Positions 1-9,347 of a DNA stretch of 56,409 nucleotides are shown piece by piece. Position numbers and translations under genes: made by a program. The stretch covers positions 1 through 56,409 of the IMG/VR virus record IMGVR_UViG_3300044681_000017; one strand, 5' to 3'. The first letter of the stretch is position 1, and every line of letters begins with the position of its first letter. The stretch comes from a virus. Taxonomy: Duplodnaviria; Caudoviricetes. Below the pieces are notes generated by a model that searched no databases, was not told the origin of the DNA, and saw only the letters and a program-made list of their open reading frames with translations.

Positions 1-1901
1 ACATAGTTTCCTTCAATGTAGATTTGCGGAACAGTTTTAACCTTACGTCCTGTTACTTCTGCAGCGGTCTTACCAATCTCCTGAAGGTCTATGTAGTCAT
101 AAGGAATACCCCTCAACTTCAGTTCTTCTTTTGCAAGTTGACAGAACGGGCAATCTTTCTTACCGTAGACAATAGTACGAGTATCGTCTTGCAGTGCAAC
201 TCGTTCTACCTTCTCTGAGACGTTCTCAGCACGTGATTTAGCCTCTGTTCTTAGATAGTACAGTCCCTTGAGACCATCAGTCCATGCCTTGAGGTGAACC
301 CTGTTTACATAAGACTTCTCTGCACCAGCAGGGAAGAAAAGATTCACTGACTGTCCCTGACAGATGTACGGTTGTCTATCCGCTGCGTGTTGAACCACCC
401 AAGACTGATCTAGTTCCTGTGCAGTCTTGAACACGGCCTTCTCACCCTCAGTAAGAAAAGGCAGATGTTGTACAGAACCCTTGTTGGTAATGATAGACTG
501 CCAATTCGATTCGTTGTTCTGACCCTTAGTTTCCAATAGGTCTTTCAGATAACTATTCTTAACCAAGAACGAACCGGCACGTGTACGGTGAGTATACGCA
601 TTTGCCTTCAGGGGTTCAATGGAAGGACTGGTCGAGAGTACAACCCCGCTGGAGGCATTGGGAGCAATGGCAAGTAGGTGTGCGAATCGCAGTCCAGTAC
701 CTTCTCCGTCCGGATATTCGCCTCGCAATCCAGCCAAGTGTCTGGATTGGGCGGTTGCTTCGGCCTTGATGTGTTGGAACACAACCTTATTAATTTCCTG
801 TGCCCTAACCGATTCCCAAGCCACACCGTGTTTTTGTAACAGACTGTGAAACCCCATCGCTCCCAGTCCGATACTTCTTTCTCGTTGTGCGGAATACTTG
901 GCTCGGGCAACGGTGTCGGGAGCGCTTTCGATGAAGTACTCCAAAACGTTGTCGAGCATAGTAACAAGATCACGAACAATAGATGTGTCTTTCCATTCAT
1001 CATAATACTCCAAATTAAGACTGGACAGACAACATACAGCAGTACGATCTGGCCCAGTAGGCAAGTGAATTTCATTACATAGGTTAGACCCATGAATCTT
1101 CAGACCTAAGTCCTTTAGGTTCTGTGGCAGTGCATTATTCGCCGTATCAATGAAGTTCAGATACGGTTCGCCTGTACGGAAACGAATCTCAAGAATACGT
1201 TCCCACAGTTTACGAGCGTTAATTGATTCCTTAACTGTCCCGTCTTTAGGATCACGTAGATCAAACGTAGTGTTATTCTTGACAGCCGTCATGAACTCAT
1301 CAGTGATGTTGATTGCATTGTGTAGGTTCAACGCCTTACGTTGTACGTCACCCGTAGGAATACGGATGTTAAGAAACTCTACAATATCAGGGTGTGAGAC
1401 ATTCATATACGCAGCATAAGAACCCTTACGAGTCTTACCCTGTCGATATGCAATCATATCTGCATCTACGGTGTGGAGGAATGGGATGGGGCCTGGCGCA
1501 ATATCCGAGACAGTTCGAACGTCACTCCAGTGGCCTCCCACACCACCACCATAAACGCTAAGCCAACGCAACTCACTAGTGTGATCGATAAGACCCTCAA
1601 GTGTATCGGGTACGTATGTAAGGAAGCAAGAGATTGGCATGCCTTTTCCTTTGCCATGGCCGTTAGGCGCATTAGACAAAACAGGAGATGCAAACATAAA
1701 CCATTTATTCGAAACATAATCATACAGCCTCTGTGCAAGTTGTTCGTCCATCTCACCCTTATACTGAGACCAAGCTTTAGCGGCACGTGCATACGCTTCC
1801 TGCGGACTGGATTCATAAGAGTTGAGGTAAAAATCTTTTAACATACCTACCGCATAATCCGCAAGTAGGTCATCCTTACTTTTGTTTATTTTAATTGTCA
1901 T
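1..1901 (-). CDS. nrdA: Class I ribonucleotide reductase alpha subunit with C-terminal glutaredoxin domain (runs off the window edge)
   Basis: Not in the ORF track because there is no stop in the window. Manual translation from ATG 1901 gives MTIKINKSKDD..., ISCF, GSNLCNEI, AVCCLSSLN, AIAPNASS, CQGQSVNL, KGLYYLRT, then IVYGKKDCPFC...TVPQIYIEG. Confidence 0.95.
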   Translation of the reverse strand, partial: MTIKINKSKDDLLADYAVGMLKDFYLNSYESSPQEAYARAAKAWSQYKGEMDEQLAQRLYDYVSNKWFMFASPVLSNAPNGHGKGKGMPISCFLTYVPDTLEGLIDHTSELRWLSVYGGGVGGHWSDVRTVSDIAPGPIPFLHTVDADMIAYRQGKTRKGSYAAYMNVSHPDIVEFLNIRIPTGDVQRKALNLHNAINITDEFMTAVKNNTTFDLRDPKDGTVKESINARKLWERILEIRFRTGEPYLNFIDTANNALPQNLKDLGLKIHGSNLCNEIHLPTGPDRTAVCCLSSLNLEYYDEWKDTSIVRDLVTMLDNVLEYFIESAPDTVARAKYSAQRERSIGLGAMGFHSLLQKHGVAWESVRAQEINKVVFQHIKAEATAQSRHLAGLRGEYPDGEGTGLRFAHLLAIAPNASSGVVLSTSPSIEPLKANAYTHRTRAGSFLVKNSYLKDLLETKGQNNESNWQSIITNKGSVQHLPFLTEGEKAVFKTAQELDQSWVVQHAADRQPYICQGQSVNLFFPAGAEKSYVNRVHLKAWTDGLKGLYYLRTEAKSRAENVSEKVERVALQDDTRTIVYGKKDCPFCQLAKEELKLRGIPYDYIDLQEIGKTAAEVTGRKVKTVPQIYIEGNY

Positions 1902-1915
1902 GTTCTTTTCCGTTG

Positions 1916-2266
1916 TCACTTGGTGTAGTCATAAAAATCCTGACCCTCAGTAAATTCGTATTGTTCGATAAAAAGTCTTTTTCCGGTACGAGCGAATTCC
2001 AAACACTTCTGTGTGATGTATTCACGTTCATCTTCTTCAGTGAACAGGTCATTATACAGAAAATGGCTCTTCATGTCAACATGATAATTCTCTACCAAAA
2101 ACCTGTCGGGGTAGAGGTACTTATCCGTTGTGCCACGAAGAGCCACGTAGATTAACTTTTCTCGTTGATTGTTATCTTGGATTTCATAAACCCATGAAAG
2201 ATCATCTTCGTCACCGTTGAAGATGACGACATTATAACCATAGTCTAATGCAGTTACGTTTGACAT
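1916..2266 (-). CDS. Hypothetical protein upstream of nrdA
   Basis: 116-aa ORF with AAGGAG RBS, downstream of a sigma70-like promoter. Confidence 0.7.
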   Translation of the reverse strand: MSNVTALDYGYNVVIFNGDEDDLSWVYEIQDNNQREKLIYVALRGTTDKYLYPDRFLVENYHVDMKSHFLYNDLFTEEDEREYITQKCLEFARTGKRLFIEQYEFTEGQDFYDYTK

Positions 2267-2288
2267 AATTTCTCCTTGTATGGAGACA

Positions 2289-2318
2289 ATTATATCAGGG
2301 GGAGGGAGTGTTTGTCAA
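2289..2318 (-). promoter_or_regulatory. Sigma70-type promoter for the nrdA unit
   Basis: TTGACA-18 bp-TATAAT with extended -10 TG. Confidence 0.75.
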
Positions 2319-2344
2319 TAGGGGAGTTTGTAAAGTGAGGTGAT

Positions 2345-2557
2345 TTATTTGATGTCATGTCCTGATCTCCCAGCGTATTCTTGTCTTTGACGATTGCCCC
2401 AAGTTTCCATGAAACGTTTGAGGACTGTTTCCATATCCTTACGTTTCTTCTTGCGGTCATATTTCTTTCGGACAATTACAGTAGATGAGTCATCCCCTGC
2501 GCCAGGCACAGCAGAAGTTCCAGTCATTTCTTCGTAGAACTTGTTGAAGGACTTCAT
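2345..2557 (-). CDS. Small basic protein with capsid-targeting-like N-terminus
   Basis: Starts MKSFNKFYEE; ATGA-type overlap with the upstream gene. Confidence 0.65.
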   Translation of the reverse strand: MKSFNKFYEEMTGTSAVPGAGDDSSTVIVRKKYDRKKKRKDMETVLKRFMETWGNRQRQEYAGRSGHDIK

Positions 2558-3153
2558 CTAAGAATTTCTCCGGTAGAGATATATATACGCTGGTTGGTCT
2601 TCAGATGGGTGGCTTCGTAAATTTTTATTCCTAAAACTTCACCCACAGGTGCATTCTTTTCTTCATGCACACGAATTTGATCGTGGCGGCCTACCATCTC
2701 TGCACCAAGAGATGTGATAGTGTCGTTCTTCATTCTATAGACGCCAGGCGATAGTTTGTCGCCCTCAATCATAAACCATTGTGTATCTTCTGCTAACACA
2801 TCAAGAATATCGATTCCCGTTTCCTTGTGAATCTTCTCAATATGTTCATCCTTCAGGTTACCGTGTTCTTTGATTAACCAAAGAGCGGCACCATAACGTG
2901 CAATTGTAGACTGTCCGCCAGGGATTTTGGACATCAGTCTTTTAATATTATACACGAGACGGTGAAACATTGTATAGTGTGTACTATACGCATCACGATC
3001 TCTCATGTCGTTGGTATTAAAATCTTTATTACGTGACCCGTCTGCATTGATGATACCGGCCTTATATGCGCCAGTTTCTTCCCACGGAGTAACGAGAAGT
3101 TTTAAGAACCTTATTGTGTAAACAAGATCAGCAGCACTTTTTAGAATTCCCAT
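2554..3153 (-). CDS. Conserved-type T4-like phage hypothetical protein
   Basis: 199-aa ORF tightly coupled to its neighbours (YTIRFLKLLVTPWEE motif). Confidence 0.75.
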   Translation of the reverse strand: MGILKSAADLVYTIRFLKLLVTPWEETGAYKAGIINADGSRNKDFNTNDMRDRDAYSTHYTMFHRLVYNIKRLMSKIPGGQSTIARYGAALWLIKEHGNLKDEHIEKIHKETGIDILDVLAEDTQWFMIEGDKLSPGVYRMKNDTITSLGAEMVGRHDQIRVHEEKNAPVGEVLGIKIYEATHLKTNQRIYISTGEILR

Positions 3154-3527
3154 TATGTTATCCTTTTGATTTCTCTTAGTCGCTCTACTGCGAGTCCATC
3201 CAATTCTATTTCCGGATATCCATCGTAGTCTATCGCTTTAAGGAAAATGAGAAATGGTTTAAGTGCGCTCCAATGTTCCAGTTCAATTTTTAGTTCTAAT
3301 ATCTTCAGTCCAGCATGAATGCCAAACACGTTGAAGATAACTATCAGATGATTAAGAATCAATCTCTCTGATAGTTCTCCAGCATCTCTATATCGGTTCA
3401 GTAGTCTTTTGACATACTTAAACCGTTTCAGGTCTTCGAAGAATTGTTCACTATCAATACAATTAGGTGTATAATAGTTTTTAGCCGCAAATACGACAAC
3501 ATTCTTATTGGTAAGTTCTATATCCAT
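3153..3527 (-). CDS. Conserved-type T4-like phage hypothetical protein
   Basis: 124 aa with FFEDLKRFKYVKRLL...ERLILNHLI motif, recalled from marine T4-like phages. Confidence 0.75.
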   Translation of the reverse strand: MDIELTNKNVVVFAAKNYYTPNCIDSEQFFEDLKRFKYVKRLLNRYRDAGELSERLILNHLIVIFNVFGIHAGLKILELKIELEHWSALKPFLIFLKAIDYDGYPEIELDGLAVERLREIKRIT

Positions 3528-3564
3528 AATATACCTTAGTAATTACAATTTCATTACTATGTAT

Positions 3565-3882
3565 CTAAATTACTGATAACTTTTCCAACAACGTTGTTTT
3601 CGTGTCCCTCGTGTTTACGTCAATTCCGTATTGTTCTGCCAATGCCATTAATTGAACCTTGGTCATTGCAGTTAAATCTTTATTGGGGGTAGGAGCTTCT
3701 GTGAGAGTCTGAACAGGCGTCTGTGTAATAGACGCCGGTGTCTCCAGAAGCGCACCACCATGATACTCTTCAATCTCTAGATCGCTGAGTCGTTGTGACT
3801 TCAAGAGTTCTCCCGTAATCGGGTCAATCCATCCTTTAGGGGTAGGTACAGCATGTCTGCACCAGCCGGGCGCTTCAATCAT
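3565..3882 (-). CDS. Hypothetical protein with C-terminal Rho_N/SAP-like helix-extended-helix motif
   Basis: DLTAMTKVQLMALAEQYGIDVNTRDTKTTLLEKL. Confidence 0.65.
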   Translation of the reverse strand: MIEAPGWCRHAVPTPKGWIDPITGELLKSQRLSDLEIEEYHGGALLETPASITQTPVQTLTEAPTPNKDLTAMTKVQLMALAEQYGIDVNTRDTKTTLLEKLSVI

Positions 3883-4637
3883 TAGTCAATATCCTTGAGT
3901 TCATCCACTACTTGTGCAATCTCAGCAAAGTTCTTACCTGAAAGAACATCCATGATCTTCTCTCTGTAAGTACGAGTATCTTCCTTCACCGCACCCTTAA
4001 CAGGATTGACAATATTCTTGTCACCCTTGGGGTTGTCGCCAGGACGTTTCGCAGCGGGTTTAGTCGCACGGCCGGCATCTGTTGCGGTTTGGTGTGTTTC
4101 TTCTTCGTCTTTCACATCCATGTTCTTGGTGTGAAGATCAATAAACTTTTTAGAACTTGAAGATTCTTTATCATCAATCTTCTCAGGTTCTTCTGCACCC
4201 TTCTTGGGGTTAGGTTTTGCGGCTTCTTGAATTGCTGACCACATTGTTTCGAAAGATTCGCCAATCTTAGAAATCTCGGCAGTCTTCTCGCCATCATTTC
4301 CAACGGGTTTCTTTTTCTTCTTGTCGTCTTTCTTGCCGTCACGAGCATCGATAGCATCAGAGGTTGCAGCACGTCTCTTGTGCAGATACTCATCTGACTT
4401 ATCCACATCACCATCGTTGTCGATGTCTTTGTCCTTACGCTTTGCGAAAGGTTTGTCGTTTTCTTTATCATCTACAGGATCAAGCTTCTTTGCTTCATCC
4501 ATTTCTTCTTCATCATCATCCATAGCACATTGGCCTTGTTCGTGCATCTTACCGCACTTCTCACACATGGTTTTCTTCTCGGAGACTACCGATTGATATG
4601 CCTCCATCAGTTTTTTGATGTCTTCGTTTGTCATCAT
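3882..4637 (-). CDS. Highly charged protein with DxDxDG (EF-hand-like) loop, possible internal virion protein
   Basis: DIDNDGDVDKSDE; K/D/E-rich; several hydrophobic-x-E sites. Confidence 0.7.
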   Translation of the reverse strand: MMTNEDIKKLMEAYQSVVSEKKTMCEKCGKMHEQGQCAMDDDEEEMDEAKKLDPVDDKENDKPFAKRKDKDIDNDGDVDKSDEYLHKRRAATSDAIDARDGKKDDKKKKKPVGNDGEKTAEISKIGESFETMWSAIQEAAKPNPKKGAEEPEKIDDKESSSSKKFIDLHTKNMDVKDEEETHQTATDAGRATKPAAKRPGDNPKGDKNIVNPVKGAVKEDTRTYREKIMDVLSGKNFAEIAQVVDELKDID

Positions 4638-4645
4638 TGTCTCCG

Positions 4646-4933
4646 TTACATGAACCAGAAAAATTTAATTAATGCGCCAATCATGGCGGTAACTACAACC
4701 ATAGTAATACGATTAATGATTCTAACTGTATGTGAATTATCATCAACCTTCTTATCAATCTCATCTAACTTCTGAGAGAACCTATTCATTCTTTCGAAAT
4801 TAGCATGATTGTTCTTTTCAATAGCAATTAACTTCTCTTCCGCACGGGCGAGACTGATCATTGCATCCGATAATTTATCGATCTTATCTTCGATACGATC
4901 AAGTCTTTGGTTTTGTGTCATACGTTCTGCCAT
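4646..4933 (-). CDS. Coiled-coil protein with C-terminal transmembrane helix (XhlA/holin-like architecture)
   Basis: Heptad-rich N-terminus, hydrophobic C-terminus; lies behind a TATAAATA late promoter. Confidence 0.65.
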   Translation of the reverse strand: MAERMTQNQRLDRIEDKIDKLSDAMISLARAEEKLIAIEKNNHANFERMNRFSQKLDEIDKKVDDNSHTVRIINRITMVVVTAMIGALIKFFWFM

Positions 4934-4970
4934 TTTAGGGACGCCCCATTGAAATAAAAGTTACTAGTTC

Positions 4971-4978
4971 TATTTATA
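4971..4978 (-). promoter_or_regulatory. T4-type late promoter
   Basis: Exact TATAAATA about 40 nt upstream of ATG 4933; gp55 is encoded in the window. Confidence 0.75.
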
Positions 4979-5261
4979 ATTCTTTTATTCTCAGAACAAG
5001 GTCACCTTCACCCTTTATAATTCGGTGATAGACCATTTCTGGAACATTAAAAATATCCCCAGTTTTTAATTCAACAGGGTCTTCATTGTCGAGTTGAAAC
5101 ATCCAACCATCACTGCCTTCGACATAAATCCTACGTGGATTTTTATCACGGTGCCAGATTAGTTCAGAAGAGTCAACTTCTTTTTTAAACAAACGGAGTT
5201 TATCCCCGTTCGCTAAATTGAAATCGTGGTAGGTATTACCAGAAGAAACTTCCGCCACCAC
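4974..5261 (-). CDS. Small cupin-fold protein
   Basis: WHRD...GDIFNVPEMVYHRIIKG cupin motifs. Confidence 0.7.
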   Translation of the reverse strand: MVAEVSSGNTYHDFNLANGDKLRLFKKEVDSSELIWHRDKNPRRIYVEGSDGWMFQLDNEDPVELKTGDIFNVPEMVYHRIIKGEGDLVLRIKEL

Positions 5262-5748
5262 TCAATCCTAATTGTTTTGCATATCTAGGCAATCTACAGG
5301 CCCAGTATGCAGCAGTTGTTTTGTCGTTCTGTTGAGCGCACTTATGACGTGCAGCAAAACTTTTACGTGCTTCCGGATCATTGATCTTTGATTTCAGACC
5401 AGTCGTATCACCCCAAGAAACCTTCTTGATATTACCGTTGGGAGCCTTGACGTATACGTAGTACTTCTTAGGGCCACCCGCTTTGGGTTTGTTGAGTTCC
5501 GGTTGCTTACCTTCTTCTTCAAAGATACAATCCAAGGCTACATTCTGTCCTTCATAGACTCCAAAATTGCCTAGGTCAGATTCCATGATGTCCACTTCAG
5601 AAGGATCGACTTCTAACTCACCTTTGTAGTATGCTTCACGGAGGTCTCTCCAATACGCATAGTACATCTCCGACCCAACACGGTAGACGTTATTCTCCAC
5701 CAACTTGGATTCAGAACCACACTCGCAATGTTCTTTGAATTTCTTCAT
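5236..5748 (-). CDS. Hypothetical protein, putative internal head protein
   Basis: Starts MKKFKEHCE; KKYYVYVK...RKSFAARHKC domain. Confidence 0.7.
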   Translation of the reverse strand: MKKFKEHCECGSESKLVENNVYRVGSEMYYAYWRDLREAYYKGELEVDPSEVDIMESDLGNFGVYEGQNVALDCIFEEEGKQPELNKPKAGGPKKYYVYVKAPNGNIKKVSWGDTTGLKSKINDPEARKSFAARHKCAQQNDKTTAAYWACRLPRYAKQLGLSGGGSFFW

Positions 5749-5750
5749 TC

Positions 5751-6059
5751 TTAACTCACGTACATGTTAAGTTCGTATTTATTACCCGTATTGTAGACTT
5801 GCATCTGAAGTCTCTGCTTCACGGGTTTACCATCCTTGGTAAGTTCGATGTTGTAACTATTGGTCTTATCCTTCGAAGGTTTACGAGGGCCGTTAGCAAC
5901 CTTGCGGAACCACTCATCGTCATCAACATCATAACCCTTCTTTTTGACTTGTGCAAGAGCGTGTTGAACCGCAGTACTGAAATCCTTGTGGTAGATATCG
6001 TATCCAGTGGCACTCTTACCAGCGTTACGTGCTTCTCTGAGTTCGAAAAAATCTCTCAT
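5751..6059 (-). CDS. Hypothetical protein, putative internal head protein
   Basis: Starts MRDFFELRE; 102 aa, abuts its neighbours. Confidence 0.7.
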   Translation of the reverse strand: MRDFFELREARNAGKSATGYDIYHKDFSTAVQHALAQVKKKGYDVDDDEWFRKVANGPRKPSKDKTNSYNIELTKDGKPVKQRLQMQVYNTGNKYELNMYVS

Positions 6060-6785
6060 TTACTTAATCCTGATTGCTTGTTTAAGACCATTAAGGGACG
6101 CACCAGCCATATCCTGAAACTTCTTCTTATCCATAGGTTTCTGGATGCTGTTGAACTTATCAACAATCTGTTTTGCCACCTGTTGAGTCAACTTGGTTTT
6201 CTTACCATCCTTGAACTCAATTGTACCGCCTTTGGGAAGGTCAGCGGCACTACGAATCTGCATTACAATGTTCTTGTCGGCTGCCTTGCGGTCATCATCG
6301 GTTGCCCTGATATCATCTTCGTCATCCTTCCTTTGGAAGTCTTTGTCTCTAGACATATCCTTGAAGGCTCTACCTTTTGCTGACTCTGCAACTGATTCGT
6401 TTCTTCCGTAGATTAACTTGCCAGTCATTCTATCAACTTTTTTCACGCCTTTATCGCCTTGACGCTTCTGTACGTGAGCACGTGCTTTATCTGCTTTCTT
6501 GTCAAGACGATCCATCTCTTTGTCGGCATCGGGGCCGTATGCAGAACTACCATACTCAAAATTCTTAGCCGCACTAGATGCAGCAGCTTTGCGAGCCAGT
6601 TTTGCAGAGATTTCATCGAGGTTCTTACCCTCGGCAACTTTCTTTGCCTGTGCAGTAGCGATTGCCATCTTCTTGTCCATAGGCATATTCGGATTATCTT
6701 TCTCCATTGCCTTGGCAATCTCTTCTCTCTTCTTTTTCTCAGCGGGAGTGAGTTTCTTCTCACGCAATTGCTTAATGGTTTTCAT
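6060..6785 (-). CDS. Lys/Ala-rich hypothetical protein, putative internal head protein
   Basis: Starts MKTIKQLRE; internal VAE, LDE, VAE sites resemble gp21 cleavage sites. Confidence 0.7.
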   Translation of the reverse strand: MKTIKQLREKKLTPAEKKKREEIAKAMEKDNPNMPMDKKMAIATAQAKKVAEGKNLDEISAKLARKAAASSAAKNFEYGSSAYGPDADKEMDRLDKKADKARAHVQKRQGDKGVKKVDRMTGKLIYGRNESVAESAKGRAFKDMSRDKDFQRKDDEDDIRATDDDRKAADKNIVMQIRSAADLPKGGTIEFKDGKKTKLTQQVAKQIVDKFNSIQKPMDKKKFQDMAGASLNGLKQAIRIK

Positions 6786-7031
6786 TTATGCTAAATCCTT
6801 GTCGTGGTTTAGGTTACCCTTTTTCTTTTTAACAATGAAGGCATTCACTCTTGCCATACCCCATTGTTGTGGTGTGGTGCCAGGACGGTGACCAGTCTTC
6901 CAAGCGGCAACCCCACGATTATAAACTTTCTTTAGAGTATCAGGAGAGATACCAGACTTCTTCGCCTTCGCAGCGATACCATCCGGCCCTTCCTTGATAT
7001 CTAATTCATCCCAGAGAGCATATCTTTTCAT
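6786..7031 (-). CDS. Small basic hypothetical protein
   Basis: LKKVYNRGVAAW...QQWGMARVNAF motif. Confidence 0.7.
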   Translation of the reverse strand: MKRYALWDELDIKEGPDGIAAKAKKSGISPDTLKKVYNRGVAAWKTGHRPGTTPQQWGMARVNAFIVKKKKGNLNHDKDLA

Positions 7032-8893
7032 CGTGTTGACCTATTCTGAGAACTTGTTCTATTAGAACGTGCAATGTTTGCACGGCGTGTACGAGCACTA
7101 CGGGCACGATCCAACATACGATCAAACTTCTTACGATCACTCTCACGTTCTTTACTGATCTGATCTTTTGCAACATCTACAGGATCAGTTGCTTCGGCTC
7201 TCATGAGTCTTCCCACAGTTCTAGGATCGATATGCAAACCAGTAGAACGTTTAATAGCATCAGCATAGTATTCTACACTATGACGATCTGAACCACCACG
7301 TTCCTTTCTCTTTCTGTCCATGATATCTTTGACTAACTTCTGAGCAGCATCATAGTGTTTCTTCTGCCAAGTTTTAGGCCCGATTCTATTAACAATATAC
7401 TGCAAAAGGTCTTCTTCTGTCAAGTCAAAACTCTCTTCCAGAGATTCATATCTTACCACAGGAGATGTTGTTTTGAAATCTTTTTTACGCATAATGGTCT
7501 TATTCACAACTTCGAACTCATCGTTCTTGAAGTTGACAACCACAGGTAAATTTAAGTCAGACTGAATGTCCTTAAGTACAGCTTCACCGTTTTTGTGTTT
7601 CTTGATGTTCTGACCCTTTTCTTTCGCAATCTTCTTGAACAACCTTTGAATCTCTGATACAGAGATGGCTGGTTTGTTGCGAGAGTCATTCATACGGTCA
7701 GCGAAGTGACGTGTGAATTCAATATCGATGTCGAACTTGTTGAGGAGACGATCACCGAACTTTTCTAGATCGTTGATCTGTTTTTGAGTTACTTCCTCAT
7801 ACATGTCCTTGAAGGCCTTAGTGTACTTGGAAGGTTCGGGGTCTTGTTTCTCTTCAAGGTCTTCTTTCCAATAATTATCATAAGATGACTTCTTAAAATA
7901 GTCAACCTCTTTTTCACTATAAATTTTATCATTATTTACAGTATGTTTAACTTTATAAAGTTTAGTTAGACGATCAGCAAGATGTGGAAGATTACGTTTA
8001 GTATAACCATACTTCTGAAGAAGTTTAGTGATATCACTATCCTTCATTGGTTTCCCTTTAACAGTAGTTTTCTCAACCAGTTCTACAGCGTCCAACCACA
8101 TACGTTTGCGGTCACCGTTAGACATTTCTACTATGACATAGTTTGCGCCTAATAGTGACACAATTGCGACATCATTCGTTTCTTTTATGACAACAGAGTC
8201 ACCAATACCATACAGTTCTCCCTGTACGTACTGTTCTCTTGTTTCAGAAACAGGAGCGAGTTCGATGTGATTCTTGAAGGAACGCTCTTCGGATAAACCC
8301 ATGCCCTTACGAACATCGTTAAAGAGTTTACGTGCATCCTGATTAGACATGGACTTAGGAACGCCCTGTGCGAATGTTACAAAGTCATTCTTCGATGCAT
8401 TCTCACGTTGCTTGGATGCAGACATACCTTCCACACCTTCAGCGTCCGGATCACGTTCACCAGCAGACACAACCTTGATCGATTCGAAGTTGTAGAATCC
8501 ATGACGAGCCTTAACACCGTTGTACTTGTTTAACAGAACATCAAACTCACGTAGACGGTCTGCACCTACCACCATAGTGATTTTTTTATAACCCTGTTCA
8601 TAGAGTCGAGACGCAACATCAAACACATTCTTGACGTTCTTGTCGATCATCACGTTACGTGCATGTTTTGGAAACATCTTACGGACGTGTTTGATCTTGT
8701 CAGAATATGAGAGAGGGTCTTTTTTTGGATTGGATACCTGAGACAGATAAACCTTATAGTCCGCCTTACCAGATTTGGTAGCGAGAGTATCCATTACTTT
8801 ACCATGACCAATCGTAGGAGGGTTCATTCTACCAAAGGTAAAATAAACTTCTCTTTCCTCTTCTACGAGGTATTGGGAAAAATTCTTAATCAT
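7028..8893 (-). CDS. Multidomain cytidylyltransferase-like (HxGH) nucleotidyltransferase with C-terminal RelE/BECR-like domain
   Basis: FTFGRMNPPTIGH, VVGADR, MSASKQR; later IEFTRHFADRMND...VNKTIMRK; starts MIKNFSQYLVE. Confidence 0.8.
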   Translation of the reverse strand: MIKNFSQYLVEEEREVYFTFGRMNPPTIGHGKVMDTLATKSGKADYKVYLSQVSNPKKDPLSYSDKIKHVRKMFPKHARNVMIDKNVKNVFDVASRLYEQGYKKITMVVGADRLREFDVLLNKYNGVKARHGFYNFESIKVVSAGERDPDAEGVEGMSASKQRENASKNDFVTFAQGVPKSMSNQDARKLFNDVRKGMGLSEERSFKNHIELAPVSETREQYVQGELYGIGDSVVIKETNDVAIVSLLGANYVIVEMSNGDRKRMWLDAVELVEKTTVKGKPMKDSDITKLLQKYGYTKRNLPHLADRLTKLYKVKHTVNNDKIYSEKEVDYFKKSSYDNYWKEDLEEKQDPEPSKYTKAFKDMYEEVTQKQINDLEKFGDRLLNKFDIDIEFTRHFADRMNDSRNKPAISVSEIQRLFKKIAKEKGQNIKKHKNGEAVLKDIQSDLNLPVVVNFKNDEFEVVNKTIMRKKDFKTTSPVVRYESLEESFDLTEEDLLQYIVNRIGPKTWQKKHYDAAQKLVKDIMDRKRKERGGSDRHSVEYYADAIKRSTGLHIDPRTVGRLMRAEATDPVDVAKDQISKERESDRKKFDRMLDRARSARTRRANIARSNRTSSQNRSTR

Positions 8894-9344
8894 TTTTATC
8901 CTGTCCTGAAGAGCCCCGTTTTCTAGCGAGTTCTGCCTTTCTAACTACGGGCAACAACTTACGGGCCAGTTTATCAATTTTAGGTTTCATCTTATCTAGA
9001 CGCTTCTCAATCTCCTGTCTACGGGCAAATGTGAGTTCGTCTTTAGGAATACCCTTGGTGATTTTCTTCATGAACGTCATTCTCGCTTGTTTGCGAGCAC
9101 GTCTCATCAGGACTTCTTGATTAGCGACTTTGCGGGCAGCACGCTTCCGACCCATGGCGATCTTCGCCTTGTTCTTTTTAATATTACGTGCCATTTTTCG
9201 GCGGGTTTGAATATCCACCGCTTCACCAGTGTTGCCTGTGGGAATATCCTTGCGGCGCTTCTGCGCTTGGTACGCAAGTTCATCGTCCCCAGACATGGTG
9301 GTATCTGTATTTACAAAATCTTTAAATCGTAATGGCTTTGCCAT
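8886..9344 (-). CDS. Very basic helical hypothetical protein
   Basis: 152 aa, R/K-rich, lies between the ligase-like and nucleotidyltransferase genes. Confidence 0.7.
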   Translation of the reverse strand: MAKPLRFKDFVNTDTTMSGDDELAYQAQKRRKDIPTGNTGEAVDIQTRRKMARNIKKNKAKIAMGRKRAARKVANQEVLMRRARKQARMTFMKKITKGIPKDELTFARRQEIEKRLDKMKPKIDKLARKLLPVVRKAELARKRGSSGQDKND

Positions 9345-9347
9345 CGT

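Noticed and set aside
24-1841. Multiple short ORFs on both strands in the ORF track (e.g. 608-1093, 1466-1816)
   Set aside because: They are shadows of the uninterrupted nrdA frame (1901 to the window edge), which the track missed.
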